Counted from the first letter of the stretch, positions 18,682-27,622 are shown. The stretch is DNA of 64,000 nt from an uncultured Ignavibacteria bacterium (GCA_964520555.1 CAZFNN010000013.1:41233-105232); one strand, 5' to 3'. The notes: generated by a model from the letters alone, not told the origin. Numbers and translations: made by a program.

Positions 18682-19731
18682 ATGATGTCGGTTGGGAAGT
18701 CGGTTAGCCTCGTTTTAGGCATTTGTTTCCTGTGTATATTCTTAGCGGGCTGCGAAGGGGATACTGGGCCGATCGGCCCGCCCGGGTTTACAGGTATAGA
18801 TGGTCCTCCCGGGAGCGATTTCGTTCCCGATCCGATTGCGGACCAGGTTTTCGGATTGATGGTTGTCAATGCGGTCGGCACCGACATGAATGGCGCCGCC
18901 AAGATCACCGTCACGTCCAACGAAGCTGCCACTCCCAGCGCTACCCAGGTCGTGGCGGCATTGATGGAGACCGCGCCGGTGATCGACGGTCGCACCAGTT
19001 CGGCGAATGAGTGGGCGCTGATCCCCCTTTCGTCCGTGCAGTTGACCAATCTGTTCGGCGCCGACAACGGTATTACCGCCGCCGACGTCCAGATGGGCTA
19101 CGATCGCACCAACATTTACATGCGCATCCACTGGACGGAAGTGGAGAGCGGTGCGTTACTTGCCGCTGCCGATACCACCTGGAAAATGTGGACCTTTGAC
19201 GGCTCGCAGTGGTCGCAGGGCAACGGCGATGACAAGCTCTTCCTCGTTTGGGAGAACTCACCGATTACCGGCTGGGACGCCGATGGCCTGACGACCATCT
19301 TTAACGGTACCACCTTCAAGACCCCGGCCGCCGGCGAGCAGGCCGATCTCTGGATGTGGTCCGGCACGCGCACCAACTATGCCGGAGTCTTCGCCGACAA
19401 GAACGTCGTTTATTCAGCAACCGACGGCGAGCGCGATGATTTCGGAATTCAGTACTACATCGAAAACACGCCGCAAGGCGGTCTTCCGGCCTACATGAAG
19501 ACGCATTCGCCCAAGGTTGGCTCAACCTATCCGCTTTGGGCTTTCGAATACGGACCGTTCGTGAACACGATTGACTGGGAAACCGGCGCCACGATTCCGG
19601 GTGTCATCACCCTCCAACCGTCGGTTTCGGCAGCGGATGTGCGGGCGGCGGCAGTGTTTGTCAACGGCGCCTGGACCGTCGAACTCCGGCGCGCCCGTAA
19701 CACCGGCCATCACGATGACGTCGTGTTGTAG
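18682..19731 (+). CDS. lipoprotein with collagen-like GXY stalk and EB_dh/DOMON-like domain (paralog 1)
   Basis: ATG 18682 follows GGAGGA. Lipobox LAGC. Seven Gly-X-Y triplets (GDTGPIGPPGFTGIDGPPGSD). Domain motifs APVIDG..EW, ADLWMWSGTRTN and GAWTVELRRARNTGHHDDV. Confidence 0.7.
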   Translation: MMSVGKSVSLVLGICFLCIFLAGCEGDTGPIGPPGFTGIDGPPGSDFVPDPIADQVFGLMVVNAVGTDMNGAAKITVTSNEAATPSATQVVAALMETAPVIDGRTSSANEWALIPLSSVQLTNLFGADNGITAADVQMGYDRTNIYMRIHWTEVESGALLAAADTTWKMWTFDGSQWSQGNGDDKLFLVWENSPITGWDADGLTTIFNGTTFKTPAAGEQADLWMWSGTRTNYAGVFADKNVVYSATDGERDDFGIQYYIENTPQGGLPAYMKTHSPKVGSTYPLWAFEYGPFVNTIDWETGATIPGVITLQPSVSAADVRAAAVFVNGAWTVELRRARNTGHHDDVVL

Positions 19732-19791
19732 GGATGGGAGGAACGATCATGGCCAAGCTGATTTTCCAGGTGATGAATGTGGGAGGAATTG

Positions 19792-21066
19792 ATGCGCAAG
19801 TTTAAGATAGGAGTCGTCCTCGCAATCCTCTTCACGGGATTGGTCTATCTCGTCGGCTGCGACGGCGACGAAGGTCCGGTCGGCCCGAAAGGGCTCAAGG
19901 GCCGCAAAGGTGACTCCGGTGCGGATACTGAAGTCGGCCAGCCGAGCGCGCGCTACTTCGGCATCGGTGTGACCAATTCGCACCGCTATGCCGTCAATGG
20001 CGATATCAGCGTATTCGTCACTTTCGACTCCACGGTGCGCGCCAACCGCGATACCGTGGTGGCCGGATACCTCGCGACACCGCCGCTGATCGATGGTAAC
20101 GATGGCGAGGAAATTGAATGGGGTCCGCAGAAGTCCCGCCTGCGCCTCGCGGCCCTCAATACGGCCTCCGGCTACAAGGACAATGAAATCTACGAAGTGG
20201 TTTGCCGCGCCGCCTGGGACGAGAACTTCATCTACACGTTCTTCCAGTGGAAAGAACGCCAGGTGACCGTTCGCGTCACCGGCGGTGATTCCACCGTCTT
20301 TGACGCCGGCGCTTCCGATCAACCGCATCAGCTCTACTTCGATGCCCAATCCAAACGCGTCGACCACATCGACGGCGAGGATACCACGTTCTTCGAGTGG
20401 ATTCGGAAAGAAGTTCTCGGTGTCGCCGAAGTCTGTGATACGGTTCCCATTCCATTTCCTCCATTCATAATCATCTCGTGCCGCCAAGACACGCTTTTCG
20501 GCGATACCAACTTTGTCTGGCTGCAGCAGCCCATTGATGAAGACAAGCTGGCGATGTTCTGGTGCGATGAGGAATTCGATGGCTGGTCACAGTTTGCGTT
20601 CCAGGAGTACTTCGGCGTTCCGGGCAACGCGACCGGTTCCAACGACGCCTTGATCGACGCCTGGGTCTGGGGCTCGGGCACGACCAACCCAGTGAACACG
20701 GCCGACGACTGGTACTTGATCAGCAGCGGCTTTGAGCCGGATGCCGGCGCGCCGCCCTTTATCGACAATTTCGTCGTTCCCGATTCCGTGCCGCTTTATC
20801 AGAGCTTCCGCGATCCGAACTATAAATCGACCGCGAACCTGCTGATTCAAATCTATCCGTTCTGGTACTTTGATGCGGTCGGATACGCCTACAACGGCTG
20901 GGATATCTATCGGGCAGTCTATGTTCCCGGAGTTGTGACGACGCTTCCGTCCGACTCGCGCGCCGACGTCTATGCGCGCGCTATCTTCGACGGCGGTACT
21001 GGTGTCTGGACTGTAGAGATGCGCCGTGCGCGCAACACCTACAGCGGCGATGATGTGAAGTTCTGA
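19792..21066 (+). CDS. lipoprotein with collagen-like GXY stalk and EB_dh/DOMON-like domain (paralog 2)
   Basis: ATG 19792 follows GGGAGGA. Lipobox LVGC. Seven GXY triplets (GDEGPVGPKGLKGRKGDSGAD). Motifs PPLIDG..EW, IDAWVWGSGTTN and GVWTVEMRRARNTYSGDDV. Confidence 0.7.
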   Translation: MRKFKIGVVLAILFTGLVYLVGCDGDEGPVGPKGLKGRKGDSGADTEVGQPSARYFGIGVTNSHRYAVNGDISVFVTFDSTVRANRDTVVAGYLATPPLIDGNDGEEIEWGPQKSRLRLAALNTASGYKDNEIYEVVCRAAWDENFIYTFFQWKERQVTVRVTGGDSTVFDAGASDQPHQLYFDAQSKRVDHIDGEDTTFFEWIRKEVLGVAEVCDTVPIPFPPFIIISCRQDTLFGDTNFVWLQQPIDEDKLAMFWCDEEFDGWSQFAFQEYFGVPGNATGSNDALIDAWVWGSGTTNPVNTADDWYLISSGFEPDAGAPPFIDNFVVPDSVPLYQSFRDPNYKSTANLLIQIYPFWYFDAVGYAYNGWDIYRAVYVPGVVTTLPSDSRADVYARAIFDGGTGVWTVEMRRARNTYSGDDVKF

Positions 21067-21073
21067 GGAGGAG

Positions 21074-22189
21074 ATGACGATGATGAATGCATACTTCAAG
21101 ATATCGCTTCTGGCGGGATTGACGGTTCTGTTGCTGCTGGCGCTGACGGGTTGCGACGGCGTTTCCGGTCCGCGTGGGCCGGTTGGTGATCAGGGTGACC
21201 CGGGCGACAACTATGTTCCACCGGTGCCGGCCAACCGCTTCTTCTCTCTGGCCATTACTAACAACAGTCAGCGCAGCCACAATGGTGCGCCCAAACTGTA
21301 CCTCGCCTTTGACGGCCTCCATCAGGCCGCCGGTGACACGGTGGTCTCCCAGCGGCTTGCCGCCGGTCAGACTCCGGCGATCGATGGTGTCGACAATGGC
21401 ACCGCCGAATGGGGCGATAAGGTGACCAACGTGACACTTTATCGTGCCGCCGGTGACTTCAACTTCATCGAAGGCGCGCAGGTGCGTTCCGCTTACGACA
21501 ATGAGTTCGTCTACTTCCAGGTGAAGTGGACGGAAGTTGCCAACGCCACCTACGGCCTTGAAGTCTCGCGCAGCGACAATCCGAATCCCTGGGTCTATCC
21601 CGCTGCCGGTACCGGCGACAACGTCGGACGGTGGGACAAGGGAACATCGAATGAGGATCGTCTCAACCTGTTCTTCGAAATCACGCCCGTGACCCGGTAT
21701 GCCAGCGACGGCTGCTACGTCACCTGCCATACCACGAATATGAACGAGACAAACTATCACGCGACCCGCGGCCCGCGCGAGCGCATGGATATCTGGCATT
21801 GGACCGCCGGTACGACCAATCACACCGGCTACGGCTACGACCGCTATCTTGACGCCTCCCTGATCGGTGTCAAGCCCGACATCGGCACGCCGGTGGTGCG
21901 GTCAAACCGCGAATTTATCGCGGCCGGCGCCGATACCACCGATCGTCCGCTTTACATGGCGCTTGGCGATCCCAACAGCAATTCCGGTTATCCCCTCTGG
22001 GATTTTGCCATCACCGGCGTCGCCAATGAAGGCTGGACTCCCGGCGCTACCATTCCGGCCTTCGTCAACAGTATCCCGACCCTGAGTTCGGCGGATCTGA
22101 TCGCCGTCGGCCAGTACGACAACGGCACCTGGACGGTCGAGCTGAAGCGCAAACGCGTTACCGGCAACGGCGACGACGCTACATTCTAA
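21074..22189 (+). CDS. lipoprotein with collagen-like GXY stalk and EB_dh/DOMON-like domain (paralog 3, carries CX3CH)
   Basis: Starts 7 nt after paralog 2. Lipobox LTGC. Six GXY triplets (GVSGPRGPVGDQGDPGDN). Motifs PAIDG..EW, CYVTCH, MDIWHWTAGTTN and GTWTVELKRKRVTGNGDDA. Confidence 0.7.
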   Translation: MTMMNAYFKISLLAGLTVLLLLALTGCDGVSGPRGPVGDQGDPGDNYVPPVPANRFFSLAITNNSQRSHNGAPKLYLAFDGLHQAAGDTVVSQRLAAGQTPAIDGVDNGTAEWGDKVTNVTLYRAAGDFNFIEGAQVRSAYDNEFVYFQVKWTEVANATYGLEVSRSDNPNPWVYPAAGTGDNVGRWDKGTSNEDRLNLFFEITPVTRYASDGCYVTCHTTNMNETNYHATRGPRERMDIWHWTAGTTNHTGYGYDRYLDASLIGVKPDIGTPVVRSNREFIAAGADTTDRPLYMALGDPNSNSGYPLWDFAITGVANEGWTPGATIPAFVNSIPTLSSADLIAVGQYDNGTWTVELKRKRVTGNGDDATF

Positions 22190-22220
22190 GCGCCGCGCTT
22201 ATTCATAATTCGTATCTTCT

Positions 22221-22256
22221 GGGTCGACGGCTTCTCGCTGTCGACCCGTTCATTTG
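22221..22256 (+). terminator. possible terminator after the paralog triplet
   Basis: GGGTCGAC (22221-22228) pairs with GTCGACCC (22240-22247). Followed by GTTCATTTG, a weak U-tract. Confidence 0.35.
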
Positions 22257-22450
22257 CCCTCCGCTGTAGCCTCAAAAAGCAGTTGCCAGACATTCCCCAG
22301 AGCCGTAAATTGTGACATCTTTATCGACGAACAACGGCCGGACCCTTGGCGGTATTGGATGATTGTGAAAAGCGGCTTCAGGGACTTTCTCAGCGGCGGA
22401 ATTCTTCGGCGGGACTGGCTCAGCCCCGCCGGCAGGCACGGAGCCGCCCG

Positions 22451-23059
22451 ATGACAGCTTTTGGTTTGAAGCGCCTCCATCTGCGCACCGATCAAATCCT
22501 GTTGCGGCCGCTCCGCAATCGCGATGCCTCCGCCCTGGCCGCCGCCGTGCAGCTCAGCCTGCCACACTTGCAGCCGTTCCTCCCTTGGGCCGAGTCCGAC
22601 TACTCGGTGCGCCACGCGCGCGACTTCATTCGCCGCGCCATCACCTGGCGCCGCTCGCGTAGCGCCTATGCTTTCGGCATTTTCGACGCGCACACGCGGG
22701 AACTCATCGGCGGCAACGGCCTGCACGGAATCCGTAGTGGCACCGCCTCCGCGGAAATCGGCTACTGGATCCGCTCCGATCGCGCGGGGCAAGGCATCGC
22801 CACTGCATCCTCGGCGCTGGTCTTGCGCTTCGCCTTTGAGGCCCTCCACTGCCATCGCGTGGTCCTCCGGGCCGCCACTGATAATGTCGGCTCGCTGCGC
22901 GTCGCCGAAAAACTCGGCTTTCACCTCGACGGCGTCCAACGTCACGAGGCGCATTTCGCCCGCGGGTGGAGCGATTTCAACTATTTCACTTTGCTGGAAG
23001 ACGAATATCGCGCCAATCATCATCTGCTGATGCGCTGGCTGGTGCCCAAAAGGGATTGA
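22451..23059 (+). CDS. GNAT N-acetyltransferase (RimJ/RimL-like)
   Basis: 202 aa from ATG 22451. Motifs IGYWIRSDRAGQGIAT and NVGSLRVAEKLGF. Confidence 0.8.
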   Translation: MTAFGLKRLHLRTDQILLRPLRNRDASALAAAVQLSLPHLQPFLPWAESDYSVRHARDFIRRAITWRRSRSAYAFGIFDAHTRELIGGNGLHGIRSGTASAEIGYWIRSDRAGQGIATASSALVLRFAFEALHCHRVVLRAATDNVGSLRVAEKLGFHLDGVQRHEAHFARGWSDFNYFTLLEDEYRANHHLLMRWLVPKRD

Positions 23060-23107
23060 CTCGCGACGACGATTTGGTTCTGTAAATAGGGGTCAAAAAG
23101 GACGATC

Positions 23108-24646
23108 ATGCTTGCCAAAGTTCTCTCCGCTGCCGTGCTCGGTATCGAGGCCTACACCGTCGAAGTCGAGGCCGACATCACGCCGCAACTCCCCCAATTC
23201 GCCACCGTCGGCCTCCCCGACGGCGCCGTCAAGGAAGCCAAAGAACGCGTGATGTCCGCGATCAAGAACTCCGATTTCATCATGCCCAGCAAGAAGGTCA
23301 CCATCAATCTCGCGCCGGCGGATATTCGCAAAGAGGGTTCCGCCTTCGACCTGCCGATGGCGGTCGGCATCCTGGCGGCAACCGGGCAGGTGATGCGCGA
23401 GGAATTCCAGGATCTCGTAATGCTTGGCGAACTCTCCCTCGACGGCACCCTCAAGCCTGTGCCCGGCGTGCTGCCGATGGCGCTCGGCGTGCGCAAGAGC
23501 GGCTTGCGGGGCATCCTGGTCCCGCGAGAGAACGCCTCCGAGGCCGCCATGTCGGACGGACTGGAGGTTTACCCGATCGGCTCGCTCAAGGAGGCCATCG
23601 CGTTCCTCGAAGATGAACGCCTGCTCACGCCCTTCCGCATCGACATGAAGGAAATCTTTGACACCGCCCGCAACTACACCATCGACTTCGCCGAGGTGAA
23701 AGGGCAGGAGGCCACCAAGCGCGCGCTCGAGGTTGCCGCGGCCGGCGGCCACAATATTATCCTCGTCGGTCCGCCCGGCTCCGGCAAGACGATGCTGGCG
23801 CGGCGGCTTCCGACGATCTTGCCGGACATGACCGTCGACGAGGCACTGGAGACAACGAAGATCCACTCCGTCGCCGGCGTCCTTCCCGCCGACACGCCGC
23901 TGATCGCCACGCGGCCGTTTCGTTCGCCGCACCACACGATTTCCGATGCCGGCCTGATCGGCGGCGGCCGCATTCCGCGTCCCGGCGAGGTCTCGCTCTC
24001 GCACAACGGCGTCCTCTTCCTCGATGAGCTCCCCGAATTTCGCAAGGATGTCCTCGAGATGTTGCGCCAGCCGCTCGAAGACGGTTTCGTGACGATCTCG
24101 CGCGTCATGACTTCGCTGACTTACCCCTCCAAGATGATGCTCGCCGCCGCGATGAATCCCTGTCCCTGCGGCTACCATGGCGATCTCTCGCACGAATGTA
24201 CCTGCATCCCCATGCAGATTCAGAAGTATCGCGGCAAGATTTCCGGCCCGTTGCTCGACCGCATCGACATCCACATCGAAGTCCCCGCCGTCAAATTCAA
24301 GGAACTCACCGACCGCAGCCTCGGCGAGAAATCGGAGATCATCCGCAAGCGCGTCAACGAGGCCCGTCAACGCCAGCACGCCCGCTTCAAAGACCGCAAA
24401 CATCTTTACTGCAACGCCCACATGGAATCGAAGGACCTGCGCGAGTTCTGCCTGCTGGACGATTCCAGCCAGGACTTGCTCCGCACCGCCATCAGCAAAC
24501 TTGGCCTCTCGGCGCGCGCCTACGACCGCATCATCAAGGTCGCCCGCACCATCGCCGACCTCGAAGGCTGCGATAACATCACCGTCCCGCACATCTCCGA
24601 GGCGATCCAGTATCGCAGTCTCGATCGCAATCTCTGGATGGGGTGA
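23108..24646 (+). CDS. comM: Mg-chelatase-like AAA+ ATPase YifB/ComM
   Basis: 512 aa. N-terminal Lon-like domain (LGIEAYTVEVEADI), Walker A GPPGSGKT, and the C-terminal ComM-type helix region. Confidence 0.9.
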   Translation: MLAKVLSAAVLGIEAYTVEVEADITPQLPQFATVGLPDGAVKEAKERVMSAIKNSDFIMPSKKVTINLAPADIRKEGSAFDLPMAVGILAATGQVMREEFQDLVMLGELSLDGTLKPVPGVLPMALGVRKSGLRGILVPRENASEAAMSDGLEVYPIGSLKEAIAFLEDERLLTPFRIDMKEIFDTARNYTIDFAEVKGQEATKRALEVAAAGGHNIILVGPPGSGKTMLARRLPTILPDMTVDEALETTKIHSVAGVLPADTPLIATRPFRSPHHTISDAGLIGGGRIPRPGEVSLSHNGVLFLDELPEFRKDVLEMLRQPLEDGFVTISRVMTSLTYPSKMMLAAAMNPCPCGYHGDLSHECTCIPMQIQKYRGKISGPLLDRIDIHIEVPAVKFKELTDRSLGEKSEIIRKRVNEARQRQHARFKDRKHLYCNAHMESKDLREFCLLDDSSQDLLRTAISKLGLSARAYDRIIKVARTIADLEGCDNITVPHISEAIQYRSLDRNLWMG

Positions 24647-24770
24647 GTCTGTCGGCTTCGGGGCAGACCATGGTCCGGCACCGAAAAAGCGCCTTGACCA
24701 AGTTGATCGGGCCGATTAACTTTTATGTAAGATGGAATAACAGGCACAAATAGTCAGGGAGGGTTGAACT

Positions 24771-27137
24771 ATGCCACAGGTACTTCGTATCCTGCTCGGC
24801 GTATTTGTCTTAGTCGGATTGTTTCTGGGGAATCCTCAAGTTGGCAATGCGTCCCCGGAAGTCGGCGCCGACGCGGCAGCCTCAAAAATCATCATGGACG
24901 ACTTGTACACTTACGGGCAATTCGGCACCGGCATTGGTACCGGCGAAATCGTCTGCGGCGACTTCGATCATGATGGAGACAACGAGGTCCTCTGCAACGC
25001 AATCTCGTATGCCGGAAATTACTGGTACATTTTCGAATATCACAGCGCGAGCAACAACTACGAGATCAATCGACTTGGACCGGTGTATTCCGAGCGCATC
25101 GTTCATCTCGTTGTGCGCGCCGGCGTTTTCGGTGAAGGCGATTTGATCTATGTCGGTCTGGAGAACGGCGAGGTCATCGTGTACGATGCCGTGACGCTCC
25201 GCGAGATCGATCGCCTGATCACCCCTTCTTATGGACTCTCGCGAATGGCGATTGGAGACGCCGACAACGACGGCAGCGACGAGTTGGTAGTCACCAGCAG
25301 CTTTTACGGCTATCCGAGCTCTGCATACACATTCGTGTATGATCTGATCTCGCTCGATCTCGAGTTGCAGATTGAATACGGTGGCTCTGACCTCGCGATC
25401 GCCAATGTCGATGTCGATGCCGACAATGAACTTGTGCTCAGTTCCGGCTTCGTGCTGCAAGTCAATGGCGATGACTTCGCAGTCGAGTGGGAGTATGCCC
25501 CAGGCTTCGGTGATCAGATCGGTCTGGCCGATATCGATGAAGACGATCAGGCGGAGATCGTTGGACGCGCCGGTTGGTACTACATAACCAGCTACGACGT
25601 CGACCTCCAGTCTCCCGTGTGGCAGATCGCCGCGTATCTCGATGTAGCTGACATCCAATTGTACGATGTTGAGGGCGACGGCCAGATCGATTTGCTTGTT
25701 GGCGACGGCCAGTGGGGGAGCATTCATTGCTTCGAGACGCTGGATCCCAATCACGACGGTGTCGTGACGGAGAAGTGGAGCGTGGCTAACCCTGAACACG
25801 GTGTTACGGATGTCGGTGTCGGCGACAGCGATAATGACGGTGAATTGGAATTACTTTGGGGGGCGGGTTACTCTTCGTCAGGACCTGACTACCTGTTTGT
25901 CCACGACTTGCCTTCGCTCGCCTTCCAATGGAAGAGCCAACCCATTGAAGGTCCCTTTCGGCAAATTGCCGCTGGGGACCTGAACGACGACGGGCTCGAA
26001 GAGCTGGTGCTCCTTCCGGGAGAATTCAACTATGTCACTAACGGTGGGGAATTTCTCGTCTACTATCCAGCTACTCAAACGCTTGTGCCGCAATTGCTAT
26101 CACAGCCGGTGGTAGCCTGTCGGATAGCCAACGCTGACGATGACCCGGAGAGCGAATTGCTGCTCACAATGGGCGGATGGTCGGGTCCGACGGTACGGAT
26201 ATTGGACGGGACAAACTTTGCTATGGACCGGGAGATCCAGTTCACCTCGTTCAACGGCATCGCCGTGGGAAATCTGATCGCTTTGGACGCCGGAGATGTC
26301 GATGCTGACGGTGTGCTTGAACTGGTAGCAACCGACCGGAGCTACTTGTACCAGATCGACCTGCCTTCCGGCAGTATCGAGTGGCGGAGCATCCACCTGT
26401 CGGGATACGGTGACGTCGAGTTATACGTAACCCAGTTTGATGACGATCCAGCCCGGGAAATCGTGCTCCTGGCAAACTCGCTCTACGTAGTCGACGGCGC
26501 CTCTCATCAAATGTGGCAGTCCGCATTCTCCGAGTACAAGCTGATGGATTTGACGGATGTCGACGGCGACGATCGCCCCGAGATCGCGGTGATTGAGACG
26601 CCCGGGACAATCACGGCGATCGACGGCGCGACCCATCTTGTGGATTGGAGTGACAGCGGCTTTCCAACCACCTCACACACCCTCAAGTTCTTTGACTTTG
26701 ATCTCGATGGCCTGAGCGATGTCTTGCTCGATGTCTCCGGCAGGCTCCAGATCTGGAACAACACCGCACAATTACTCATGTGGGAATCCGAGCAGTTGGC
26801 AACGAATCTTTCCGTCTTTCAAGGCGTCGCGGTCGGCGACTTCGACAGCGACGGGCTCCCTGATGTCGGCGCCGCGATCAATCATCGATTTGATCACTTT
26901 GAAGTAACAGCGATCGTCCCCTTGAACTGCGGTGATGCCGATGGCGATGGGATCATCGCGATTGGCGACATTGTGTATCTGATCAACTTCCTGTACGTAG
27001 CCGGTGCTGCGCCCCTCGATCCCACGGGTTCGGACGTGAACTGCGACGGCCGCTTGAATCTGACTGACGCCGTCTACCTAGTCAATTTCATATTCAGCGT
27101 CGGCAACACACCCTGCAGTAATTGCCCATCGCCGTAG
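24771..27137 (+). CDS. secreted FG-GAP/VCBS-repeat protein with dockerin-like C-terminal module
   Basis: 788 aa with a signal peptide. Repeated DxDxDGxxE motifs (GDADNDGSDELV, GDSDNDGELELL, GDLNDDGLEELV, GDFDSDGLPDV). Last about 70 aa: CGDADGDGIIAIGDIVYLINFLY...DVNCDGRLNLTDAVYLVNFIF. Confidence 0.8.
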   Translation: MPQVLRILLGVFVLVGLFLGNPQVGNASPEVGADAAASKIIMDDLYTYGQFGTGIGTGEIVCGDFDHDGDNEVLCNAISYAGNYWYIFEYHSASNNYEINRLGPVYSERIVHLVVRAGVFGEGDLIYVGLENGEVIVYDAVTLREIDRLITPSYGLSRMAIGDADNDGSDELVVTSSFYGYPSSAYTFVYDLISLDLELQIEYGGSDLAIANVDVDADNELVLSSGFVLQVNGDDFAVEWEYAPGFGDQIGLADIDEDDQAEIVGRAGWYYITSYDVDLQSPVWQIAAYLDVADIQLYDVEGDGQIDLLVGDGQWGSIHCFETLDPNHDGVVTEKWSVANPEHGVTDVGVGDSDNDGELELLWGAGYSSSGPDYLFVHDLPSLAFQWKSQPIEGPFRQIAAGDLNDDGLEELVLLPGEFNYVTNGGEFLVYYPATQTLVPQLLSQPVVACRIANADDDPESELLLTMGGWSGPTVRILDGTNFAMDREIQFTSFNGIAVGNLIALDAGDVDADGVLELVATDRSYLYQIDLPSGSIEWRSIHLSGYGDVELYVTQFDDDPAREIVLLANSLYVVDGASHQMWQSAFSEYKLMDLTDVDGDDRPEIAVIETPGTITAIDGATHLVDWSDSGFPTTSHTLKFFDFDLDGLSDVLLDVSGRLQIWNNTAQLLMWESEQLATNLSVFQGVAVGDFDSDGLPDVGAAINHRFDHFEVTAIVPLNCGDADGDGIIAIGDIVYLINFLYVAGAAPLDPTGSDVNCDGRLNLTDAVYLVNFIFSVGNTPCSNCPSP

Positions 27138-27600
27138 TTGGCCCGTTTGGCATATCTACATGCCTGACAGGCGCCCACCTCTACGGGAATGACGCTCTCT
27201 CCCCTCTCCCTTTGGGAGAGGGGTCGGGGGTGAGGGTTCCTCGTTGCGGCAGGTCTTCCCGCGCAGCGCTATCGACTCTCTATGGTACCACCAAGGCCGA
27301 GCGCTTCGTGGGGCGACCTGCCGCCTCAATCCAACGACAACGATCGCGCACCTCCCGAGCACCAGTTGCACTCGCCGTTCCCAATCCCCTCTTAAAAAAG
27401 GGGGCCAGGGGATTGTATTCGCTTCGCTCTCCGAGCGCCTCGTCTCCACTCGAAATCCCAACCACCCTGAACTCCCGCCTCCGCGGGAATGACGCTTCCT
27501 CCCCTCTCCTTCTGGGAGAGGGGTCGGGGGTGAGGGCTGGGCAGTTTCAATTATCTCGCACTGACTTGAACGAAATCCCGCTTGCGACGTAACAGTTAAG
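27138..27600. repeat. intergenic hairpin-repeat mosaic
   Basis: Elements present:
- composite GGGAATGACGC + CCCCTCTCCC-N3-GGGAGAGGGG-TCGGGGGTGAGGG at 27181-27237 and 27470-27537
- GTTGCGGCAGGTCTTCCCGCG at 27243-27263
- CCCCTCTTAAAAAAGGGGGCCAGGGGATTGTATTC at 27386-27420. Confidence 0.9.
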
Positions 27601-27622
27601 TGATGATCTTCAAGGACGAACC

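Noticed and set aside
18501-19067. 188-aa minus-strand ORF overlapping the first collagen-stalk lipoprotein gene.
   Set aside because: The + strand ORF has a lipobox, a GXY run and two downstream paralogs supporting it. The minus ORF has no features.
21713-21730. Canonical CXXCH haem-c motif search across the three DOMON-like paralogs and the cupredoxin.
   Set aside because: No canonical CXXCH is present. Only the CX3CH in paralog 3 was found, so no claim is made that these are standard c-type cytochromes.
23093-24592. 499-aa ORF on the minus strand opposite comM. Similar long antisense ORFs occur at 53717-55375, 59997-61724, 27947-29356, 55391-56725, 50427-51950, 8581-9921, 4278-5564, 32613-33818, 13297-14241, 14395-15387 and 56861-57778.
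   Set aside because: These are shadow ORFs typical of GC-rich DNA. Their translations are Arg/Gly/Ala/Asp-rich with no motifs, whereas the opposite strand carries unmistakable family signatures (Walker motifs, catalytic triads and others).
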